Below are positions 1 through 9,349 of a stretch of DNA of 64,000 nt, piece by piece. Each line of letters opens with the position of its first letter. Position 1 is the stretch's first letter. The DNA is from Camelus ferus (taxonomy: Eukaryota). The position numbers were made by a program, and so were the translations under genes. The stretch is from NCBI RefSeq assembly GCF_009834535.1, contig NC_045697.1, positions 28,832,001 through 28,896,000 on the forward strand, given 5' to 3'. Under the pieces are notes generated by a model. The model was given only the letters and a program-made list of their open reading frames with translations, had not been told where the DNA came from and did no database searches.

Positions 1-261
1 TTGCTTTTCTCTTGCTGATTTTAATATTGTCCCCTTATCCTTAATTTTTGTCAATTTGATGACTATGTGCCTTGGTATGTTCCTCCTTGGGTTGATCCTG
101 TGTGGAACTCTCTGTGCTTCCTGGACTTGGGTGACTGTTTCCTTTCCCAAGTTGGGGAAGTTTTCATTTATTATCTCTTCAAAAAATTTCTCAGGTTTTT
201 TCTCTCTCTTCTCTTTCTGGGACCCCTATAATGGGAATATTAGTGTGCTTCATGTTGTCCT
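1..261 (-). mobile_element. LINE-1 fragment (ORF1 region), truncated by window edge
   Basis: T-rich + strand (CTCTCTGTGCTTCCTGGACTTGGGTGACTGTTTCCTTTCCCAAGTTGGGGAAGTTTTC) resembles antisense mammalian L1 ORF1; recalled similarity. Confidence 0.7.
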
Positions 262-970
262 TATGGTATTTTTTTGTCTTTGTCCCAATTCTAAAATTTC
301 CCAGGAAGGGGCTAATTGGATTAGAACCCCCAAGCTTGGTTAATTAACTGCGGCCAGGGAAGTGGAGTCATTTTTTTAATACCCTGGATTCCACCGTATA
401 GAGTGGGGGTTAAGTATAGCTAAAGGGGAAATTGTGAGCTAGGAGATACTCCGAAAGGAGTGTACCACATGTCAATGTACAGAGAACGTATTTTAGTCAC
501 TGGGGATGTATCTCCTTGTCTAGTGGAAAAGAGCTCACAATTCTAGTGAAGATACACATAAAAAAATAGTCATCGTTGCAACTGAGTAAGAGAGGTATAT
601 ACAAATTACTCTGGACATAGAGGAAGAAGCAGTTCTTTATGTTTGGGGCATCTGGGAAAACTTTACAGGAGAAAGGGAATATAAGCTGGGTTTGTAAAGA
701 ATAGATAAGTGAAAATGAATAACTAGGTTAGCCTATGGCTTAACATCATTGGAAGTAAATATATTGGAAAGTGTGTGATTGTCACAAATGGAAGAGTAAC
801 GTAACTGACAGAAAGATGTCAACAAGCATGGTTACAGGATGTAAAGTTTCCTTACTGACAAAGTATATAAAATCTTACAGTTACATAAAGCTGGAGCTAC
901 CACAATATGGTTCTGGATTGGAATATGGCTTCTTGTAAAAATTCCTCACAAAGACCCAGAAATGTGGTTG

Positions 971-1487
971 TGTTACCAAGCCCAAACTCGTAATGCTCAT
1001 AGCACAACAGGCCAAAAAATCAGGAGACAAGGTGTCGGGGCAAGGAATAACAACTTTATTCAGAAAGCCAGTAGACTGAGAAGATTAGCAGACTAATGTC
1101 TTGGAGAACCATCTTCCCCAAGTCAGAATTTAGGCTTCTTTTACACTAAAAAAGGGAGGGACTATAGTCGGTTGTTGCAGACTTCTTGGTGTCAGAATCC
1201 TTTGTTCTTGCAGCTGTCCACATAGGTCAAGTCATGGTGTCCCTGTAAACCTCCAACAAGACAAATATTATTTTCTATTCTGTAACTTTTTGTCTTTATA
1301 TGAATGGGAAAGTGTTATATCCTTAAAGGTCAGAGCCTTGAGAATGGGCTATCTTGTATATTTTAGGCTAACAGGCAACATTCTTTACAAAAGGTACATA
1401 ACCAGCATAACCACAGGAAACAAAGCACAGGGTTTGAGCCAAAGGAACTGATCTAACATGGAGTCAGATTTGTTCTTCCCTTTTATA
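971..1487 (-). mobile_element. ERV 3' LTR
   Basis: Aligns end to end with 5757-6241 (about 85% identity by eye over the first 100 nt); AATAAA on the - strand at 1055-1060; TATA box decayed. Confidence 0.92.
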
Positions 1488-1867
1488 ATTACTCACTGTC
1501 AATGTCCATGTCACAATCTTGTTGGGAATGGGGCAATGAACATTCTGGCTACTTTCTGTTGAACCTGGGTGATGAGGGGGTGATCATGGAATGAAATTGA
1601 TCAGCCTTGGACAGGGAACATTCCTTAGAATCTTTAGTCAGTAGTACAGTCCTCTTTCCTCCTTTATCTGCAAGTACTTGAAAACCCTTAGTACTTAGTT
1701 GAACTTGGGGATTTTGGTTCCAGTTCCCAATACATATCTATTAATTTTACCTTTGTGACTGTGCCATAGTTACACCAGGTTCTTATGCTCTTTACTTGGA
1801 CAAGATTAAACAAATAGGTTGACCTTTTTCAGGTACAATGAAATTATACCTGAATAATCTCAATTCT

Positions 1868-2892
1868 TATCTTTTAAGAAGAGCAACCTGAAATCTTCCA
1901 AGGGTTCACAAGCCCATCACTCCCCAGGTCTCTCAGGAGTTGGGTTGTTTTCTGATGATGGTGGTGCTGCTTTAATCCATGTGTGATGAATCCATGGCTT
2001 TACCCCAGCTAACTTGACAGGCAAGTGTGTGGTAAGTAATACCACGTGTGTGGTCCTGTCCACCTTGCAGTCAGCTGATGGTCAGGCCCTTGTTCTCATC
2101 TGAGGACTCAGCCTCCACCTGATAGGGAAGGATGTAAGGCTACTTCAGTTGGATAGGCAGACATGTTGGAGGCAAACTTATGAACAGAGGTTAGTACAGT
2201 GCCCAAAGTTTTAACATAACTGGCAACTGCTAGGTCTTTTAGGGCATTTATAGATTCTCCTGCCTGGGGATGAACCTGGAATGGCCTGCCATACAATATT
2301 TCAAAGAGGCTTAATTTAAGCCTGCTTCTGGGAGCCACTCTGGAGCAGGGTAACTGGCAAGGCCTTAGCCCAAGTTAAATTAGTCTCTTAACATATTTTA
2401 GCAATGTTCCTTTTTAATGTATAATTCATTTTCTCGGTTTTTCCTGTTGACTGTGGTCTCCAGAATGAATGTAGTTTCTGACTAATTTGCAATGCTTTAG
2501 ACACTTGCTTGAGACAAAAGCAGGCCTGTTATCACTTTGAAGGGTGTTAGGCAATCCAAATCAGGGGATAATTTCCTTAAGGAGGGCTTTAACCACTTTG
2601 GAAGCCTTTTCTGTCAGGGTGGGATATACTTTTACCTGTCCTAAAAAAGTATCCACAAACACTAGCAGGTATCTGAAATTTCCTGCAGCACGAGTTTTTT
2701 GAGTAAAGTCTACTTGACAGTCTTCAATGAGGCAGGGTCCTCTGTGTTGAGTCCCCATCTGGGGAGGTCTGACAACAGTCTTGGGTTATTTTTAGCACAA
2801 ATCATGCAATTCTGAGTTGCTGGATGGTCTTTTGTAGGCTAGGCCCTATTACATACTTCTAAATCCATTGTAAGGTGGCATCTCTCCCATAA
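1868..2892 (-). pseudogene. ERV pol integrase remnant (stops and frameshifts)
   Basis: Translations YGRDATLQW, QVDFTQ..YLLVFVDTF, EIIP*FGLP..LQSDN, RPQSTGKTEKMN, SLFEILYGRPF, VKPWIHHTWIKAA, CEPLEDFRLLF are typical of gamma-like integrase and the pol C-terminus. Confidence 0.92.
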
Positions 2893-3147
2893 ACGATATT
2901 TCAGGGTGAGGTTCCCTCACTGGCATTCTAGAGGTTGTAAGAACAAATGGTTCTTTGCCTTAGAGATTCCTATGTGTGGGACAGATTGAGGCATTTTCTG
3001 TGCCACCTTGGTGCTTACCACATAATATGCTGCACCTGTATCTATCAGAAAGTCAATCAGCTCATTCCCCACTGCCAATTTTACCCAGTGCATCTGTGGG
3101 GAAGTTGGAATTGGGTGCTTCAAGTCCAAGGGAGCCCCTAGGCCTCT
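2893..3147 (-). pseudogene. ERV aspartic protease remnant
   Basis: RGLGAP...VKLAVGNELIDFLIDTGAAY; the DTG catalytic motif is encoded at 3031-3042. Confidence 0.9.
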
Positions 3148-3211
3148 TTGTTTATCATCAGAGTGTTCCTCTCTATCACATGAGAGGCTCCCATGTTTTA
3201 AAAAAATTGTT

Positions 3212-3810
3212 TGATCAGACTTCATAATTAGGTAAAATACACATGAACTATGCATCCCAGAAAAACAAAAGGTACTGCATAGGCAAAGGACTGATACAAG
3301 AAACCACCTAAAGGAGGCCCTAGCATTAGGCCAGTCCAGAAAAAGTATCAAGACTTCCCAATACTGTACCCACATTATTTGGAAATGTCTTTGAAGGGCA
3401 GAAGAAGATGCAGTTATTGCTGCAGCGAAACTTACTGCACCAGTTATTCTCACTAAAAAACACATACCAGTGAACACTGGTCCTTCTAGAATGTGGTCCA
3501 ATACACCAAAGAGAACTGTAATTCCTACTGCGACAAACATGCCTATTACAAACGTAAATTTTGCTCCAATATGTGTAAGATATTTTCCAAATATGACAAA
3601 TGCCAGCAAGTCCAACAAAGTATAATATCCAGAGGTCATACCAAAAACTGTATTGCTAGCTCCTTTTTTTCTTCAGCCACCTTGGGGGAAAGGGCCCAAG
3701 GACAGAACAGCACATGATGGAATCCACGTTAATGGAAGCTGCTGACATCAACACAAAAATCTGTTCTCTTGAAAGCCACCTGGGTGCCTCACTTTCTGAA
3801 GGGCCATCAC
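3212..3810 (-). pseudogene. SLC18B1: Intronless SLC18B1 (MFS transporter, C6orf192) fragment, N-terminal half (~aa 15-222; likely exon 2 to start of exon 7)
   Basis: GDGPSESEAPRWLSREQIFVLMSAAS, KKGASNT, FGKYLTHIGAKF, MCFLVR, AVSFAAAITASSS, GPPLGGFLYQSF, ILPNYE-SD match recalled SLC18B1; frameshifts present, no introns. Confidence 0.9.
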
Positions 3811-4096
3811 CTCTTAATGTGCAAGACTGGGACAGGCTCTAAGAGCAGGTAGCATCCTGCTGGAATTAAGTTTCCAAAAACCAGAAGCCATTTCTTTAGA
3901 TGTGGCATTTTATCACCAAGTAGGCCCAATGGTGGTGAAGAAATGGCATAGGATAGTGCCAAACCCAGGAATACCGGTCCCACATATCTAGCTGGTAAAT
4001 TAAACTTCTCCAAAACAAAGAGGGACAGCATAGGCTCAAGGAAGCTGAGCTGAGTGAGGTGGTGATAAAGGATATAAGGGCAACCTTGGGTAAAGT
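3811..4096 (-). pseudogene. SLC18B1: Intronless SLC18B1 fragment, downstream part (~aa 233-330; likely rest of exon 7 to end of exon 9), placed 5' of the N-terminal part
   Basis: LPKVALISF..SLSS, FLEPMLSLFVLEKFNLPARYVG.VFLGLALSYAISSP..GLL.DKMPHLKKWLLVFGNLI.AGCYLLL.PVPVLHIK match recalled SLC18B1. Confidence 0.9.
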
Positions 4097-4850
4097 TGTT
4101 TAACACTTTTAAAAACAACATCTACCAATTGAGAAGGGTTCAATCCAAATGCATCATCTAATTTTTGCAATTTTTCTCATATTTAGCATTCTAGCATTTT
4201 CAGGGGCCTCGGGTGATCTGCTGTAGACCTGATAAATCCTTCCCAAAAGTTCAGAGGGGTTTTTATTTGTTTTTTGCTGGATTTATTTAATTCTATTAAA
4301 CCCAGCCTGCTGGCTATTTGCATTTAGGTTCTCTATGGGATAATGGTGTAGGGGAAGTTGTCCTATGCCGAGAGTGGCTCTTGGTCCAAACTAGGTGTCC
4401 TGTCAGGTCTTAGATGGCAATACCAGAGCAGGTCCCTGTGCCCCAGGAACTAACACAGGATTTTCCAATTGATTCCAGAAGGAGGGGGAGCCAGTCCGAC
4501 CACTACCCGAGGCCCAGTGTTGGTAATTGGGGCTGGCTGTGTAGGAATGGGAGACAGTGGAAGGGGTGGATACATTGGCATAGTGGCTGGAGTAGCTGGG
4601 ACCACTAGCTCAGCCAGCGGAGTTAAGGTTTGAAGGCCTAACTCTCATTCATTTCCTTTCCTTATTTCCCCTGATATAATAGCACAAATACTTGCACATA
4701 TGGGATTTCATCATTCTTCCCTGCTTTTTCACAGAATATCAATAATTGAAGGATTGTATAGAGATATTCAAAGGCCACCAATCCTCAGCATTTTATTGTA
4801 AAACTATAAATAGCAACTGATCCTCTCTAACCATTTTTCCTTGGCATCAA
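4095..4850 (-). pseudogene. ERV gag remnant (matrix and capsid C-terminal motifs, internally deleted)
   Basis: WPLN..YTILQLLIFCEKAGKNDEIPYVQVF (4680-4780, class I matrix motif); NPSELLGRIYQVY..PEAPENARMLNM, KLQKLDDAFGLNPSQLVDV.FKVLNN (4095-4290, capsid MHR and C-terminus). Confidence 0.85.
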
Positions 4851-5563
4851 CCAACCAGGCTGAATTCTGGTCTGGGGCTTTGGTGATTTTAGGAACCAAG
4901 TGGAATCTTTCTATTCTCTCTGGGAACATCCCACTCTCAGACAAGAACAGATAGGATTTTTTTTTTTTCTGTTCTTTTCCTCTGTTTGACATCAGTAAAA
5001 TTTTAAATATCATAAAACTGACTTGGTTGTTAAATGGAGAAATGGTAGTAAGACAAAATGAAATGAAAAACCAAAGGGCAAACACAAAATCGTGAATAAA
5101 CGCTTAGGTTTGGTCTTGGGGCTCTATATATACCGATGACACAAACAATGTAATTAACATAGCAAGGGTGGCAGTATATGCAGATAACCCTGCATAAACA
5201 AAACCCTGAGATGGGAACAGGTACTATGGTCACACATTGTTCATCTTTTTCTTAGGCATGGGTTCATAGCTGTAATCAGACCACTTATCCAAAATGTGCC
5301 TTGGAGGACTTCGTTTAAGGACAGTTGAAATATTCCTTATTTTTTAAAAAACAAGTATACAAGAGAAACAAAACACAAATGGCACACATAAACACTAGCA
5401 TCCAAAGAAACAAATGAACTGGTTCACAAACCAGGTAAAAGTCCAACAACTATTTCCGCTCTCCAACAGGGTACCCCACTCAAATACAAAACAAATGGAC
5501 TTATTCTGGAGAAAAAGCCCCGATTGGAGAGGAATAAAGTTTCCGACTATACACACCAGAGCG

Positions 5564-5572
5564 ACTTACCCT
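5564..5572 (-). promoter_or_regulatory. Candidate retroviral major splice donor (AGG|GTAAGT) in the ERV leader
   Basis: Consensus donor about 190 nt downstream of the 5' LTR, the usual position. Confidence 0.5.
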
Positions 5573-5756
5573 ACTTTAAGGAGCCCATTGGCTCCCAGAT
5601 GTCAACTTCCTAGTTCCAACTGCCAAGCGCTGGGGCAGCCACTTCAGGGAATTTTGAAGGGAAAATCCTCAGGACAAGTGGTCCTGGCAGCTGCTGGGGC
5701 CTAACCCAAAATTCCCCAACTGGGGCTGGCTGGCCATGAGTAGCTTCGCCAACATT

Positions 5757-6241
5757 TGTTATCAAGTCCAAACTCGTACTGCTTGTTGCACGACAGGCCA
5801 AAAAATCGGAGACGAGGTGTTGGGGCAAGAAATAATGACTTTATTCAGACAGCCAGCAGACCAAGAAGATAGCAGACTAATATCCTGGAGAACCATCTTC
5901 CTCAAGTCAGAATTCAGGCTCGTTTTATACTAAGAAGAGGAGGGTGTGTGATTGGTTGTTGCCGACTTCTTGGTGTCCGAATCCTTTGTTCTTGCAGCTG
6001 TCCATGTGGGTCAGGTCATGGTGTCCCTGTAAACCTTCAACAAGACATATATTACTTTCTATTCTGCAACTTTTTATCTTCATGTGAATGGGAAAGTGTT
6101 ATACCCTTAAAGGTCAGAGCCTTGAGATATTCTTTTATAAAAGCCGTAAAACCAGCATGACTAACCACAAGAAACAAAGCACAGGGTTAGAGCCAAAGGA
6201 ACAGATCTAATATGGAGTCATATCTGTTCTTCTTTGTTACA
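5757..6241 (-). mobile_element. ERV 5' LTR
   Basis: On the - strand it begins TGTAAC and ends ATAACA; CCAAT at ~5951-5955, TATAAAA at 5923-5929, AATAAA at 5840-5845; ~35-nt deletion relative to the other LTR near 6125. Confidence 0.92.
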
Positions 6242-6601
6242 GTTGCTATCCTAATCACAAAAGGATTATCCCAGGCACAAGGAAGCTGTCCTTGCCATCC
6301 ATTCTGTGGTTCTAGTTCTCTAGGTGTTTTTTTTTTGTTTGTTTGTTTGTTTTTTTATACTCTCTTTTGTCACTTCTATTTCTACCTTTGCATGTCAAGC
6401 TTGGAGAATGCGTCATGTCTGCCCATTCGCTTATGGAGAAAGTGGGAAAAACAGATAAACTTCTCAAGAGTGGATCTAGGTCTGAGGTCTATTGGAAGTC
6501 CATTTCTGTAGGAGTGGCAGGATTTGGGGTTTTGTTGTTGCTGTCATTTGGTTTTTTAACAGATTGACTTTTCCCCTTTAATTCTCCCTTCCCCTTCCCC
6601 C

Positions 6602-6797
6602 AGCTTTATTGAGGTATAATTGACAAAACTGTACATAAAGTGCACAACATGATGATTTGATATAGGTATACATTGTGAAATGCTTGCTACGATGAACACA
6701 TCCATCACTTCTCATAGTTATGTTACCTTTTGAGTGTTTGTGTGTGTGTGTGTGCGCTGAGAACACTTAAGAGCTATTCTCTTAGTAAATTTCAATT
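6602..6797 (-). mobile_element. L1 3' end fragment with (TG)n
   Basis: CTTTATTGAGGTATAATTGACA...TATACATTGTGAAATG is typical of an antisense L1M 3'UTR. Confidence 0.7.
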
Positions 6798-9349
6798 CTT
6801 AAAAGTTTATCTCCTCTCAGTAGATCTTCATCCTAGTATCTTCATCCTTCCCTCAGGATATTTGTTTCCTCCTCTTTTTTCTTAACAGCACTTACATGTC
6901 TGCCTTTTATAGATAAATAATTGCATAAAGAAAATTACTTTTTCTTTATGATTAAGTCCACTAATATCAGCAAGTAATAACTAACATCTGTTGAGCCCTT
7001 ACTTATATATGCTTTCATTATTTCAATTAATCAGAAAGTAGATAAAAACGACTGTATTTGCGAGATGAGAAAACTGAGTTTTAGAGGGCTTAAAGTAATA
7101 TTCCCAAGGCCATAGAGCTTGCAGCTCCTGTTAAGTGTGGTAAAGAAATATTTTATAAAGATAAGCCCATTGATATTACTAACTTTAGATAACAGGACTA
7201 TTACCCACTATCTAGTTTCTACCAGACATAAAACTGAAAAACAGGAGTTCCAACATATGTTGGTCCTTATTTTCTTTTAATAAAGTTCTTACAAAGTGTT
7301 ATTCTAAGTTTACTTGGGAATGAGAACAAGTATTTGTCAGCTATCATGTAAAAGAGGAAAAAAATCCTGAGACATTTTCTTTTGAAAAAAATGCTGTGCC
7401 ATAGAGTAATGCTCATTCTTTCACTTATCACATGTCCAAGGGCTATTTATTTGTACAAGGTTCTGAGTTTGGCAGTGAGGAATACAAGGCAGAATGGAAA
7501 ACAGAACCCATCTTCAAGGAATTGATGATCTACTAAGGGAGATTATAAATTTTTAAATAATCATAATTAAGCAGAATGCTCCAAGTCAAAAATCAAAGTA
7601 TAGGAATGCAAAGGTGACATAGATTATGTGTGACTGGGAGGAAATCACTGATGTTTTTAAACATTAATATAAACAAGCATGTTTAGAATTTATTCATTAG
7701 ACTAAAGATGCTTTAGACAAATATAAAAGATTTACTTAAAATGCACTGTTATTTTATTTACAAAAATCCAAGATATTTTCCAAAATGTAAACTTTATTAT
7801 TTCCTTAAAGGCCAGTCTTTCATCTAAAGAAATGCCAGAGTTCATCTTAAAGTGTTAAGAGGCAGCATTTTGTCATTCTTCAGATTTATCTGGCATTTTA
7901 GAGAATTAAATACTGTAACAACCAGTTGGAAGATTACAGAGAGCAGAGTGTGATCAGGAGTAGTACCTTGGTATTCAAGGTACATTGAAATACTCAAAAA
8001 CTCAAAGTCTTAAATTTCTTCTTTTAAATTAAAAGATACACCATCTGGAATGAGAATGAGCATGATAAACCCATTTATCCAATGTTTAACCCAATGCTAA
8101 TGTCTCAACCTTTAAAAGACGTGTACTTTTCCTATTGGCTTAGAGTTTAAACCAATAAGGAAGCAGAAACGCTTTATAAATATTCACAAAGAAAGCTGGC
8201 ATTGTGACTGTTGAGTAAAGATTGCTTTGTTCTTCCTTTGAGTCTGAATTTCAGACTTTAAAGTACTGACTTTTTTTCTTTATTTGGTATAGTAAGCAAA
8301 CTGTTTGTTTTTCTTTAAATACTCAGCCTGGATGATGTCTTGCTAGCATGGAATACATTTTCCAATGTTAAGAATACTTTATTTCTTATTGTCCAGATCT
8401 AAAATGTGATGAATCCTTAACAATGTTCAAAAAAAAAAAAAAATCAAGAATTTAAATGCCAGTTTTTATTAACATGGTGAACATATTTCATATGAACAAA
8501 ATTAATTCTAACTTGCTAGATTTGTTTGAAGTTTATAATTACTAGTGTCCTTTCATTCATAAAGTGGCATATATCACTTATTAGTCTCTTTTAATAGCTG
8601 TTCAGGCAGAGGTAATGTTTGGTTCTCAGCAATAAGCTGTATCTTGAGATTCTAGGTACTTTGTTAAAACTTTCCTGTTTTGAAATTAATAAAAACATTA
8701 ATAGAGGTGTCTGTATTGCAATTTCTTAACAGGGGCTCAAGGGATTTTAAAAAATACAAAAATAATACAAAAGGAAAACATCTCTTTTTTCCCTGTGTGG
8801 TTAGTTTCATTAGAAAATTTACCATCCATCCCCAGGAGTCTGCTTAAAAATTACTGGTTTCTTAAAAAAAACAAAACCAAAAAACTAGAATGTCTTCGTG
8901 AGTAAGTGTTTCAATTAGACTTAAATGAAGATAACAATTCACTTGCATTTCCCCCAAATTTCCACTCAGTTTAAAGCAATTACTATAGCAACACTGACAG
9001 TCTCTTCGACGCAAAGGAATACTTTGTCAGTTGGCTATTTCGTTTCGCTACGAAAAACACTGATGGTGGAATAAAAAGTAATTGCAAAGGGAGGGAAGCA
9101 GGGGGAAGAAAAAACCAGTAAGCATAAGCACCACCACCAGAAAGCAAGGGTGAAAAACTGGTGTACCTGAAAACACTGAACATTTCAAGCCAGAACATAG
9201 AAGAAACTAAGGATAGCAGAGTTTAAGAGGAAAAAAAAATGGAGCAGGCTTCGGGGGCAGTCTAATAATACAGTGATCCCAAAAGGGAAGAAAACATCTT
9301 TGCTTTTTCTTGGCACCTGAAACTGAAGCTCTAAGCCGGGCAAAGGTCA

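Larger units (their letters stand above)
971..6241 (-). mobile_element. Class I (ERV1/gamma-like) endogenous provirus, non-autonomous: 5'LTR-leader-gag remnant-[SLC18B1 insert]-pro-[RT/RNaseH deleted]-IN-3'LTR
   Basis: Two homologous LTRs in direct orientation (971-1487, 5757-6241); outer termini TGTTA...TTACA; identical 4-bp GTTG at 967-970 and 6242-6245; gag, protease and integrase motifs on the - strand. Confidence 0.95.

Noticed and set aside
1488..1867. env gene
   Set aside because: Too short, and no furin site, immunosuppressive domain or CX6CC motif is recognisable.
3212..4096. Functional SLC18B1 gene or ordinary processed pseudogene
   Set aside because: Frameshifts, no start exon, no 3' exons or poly(A) tail, and permuted order.
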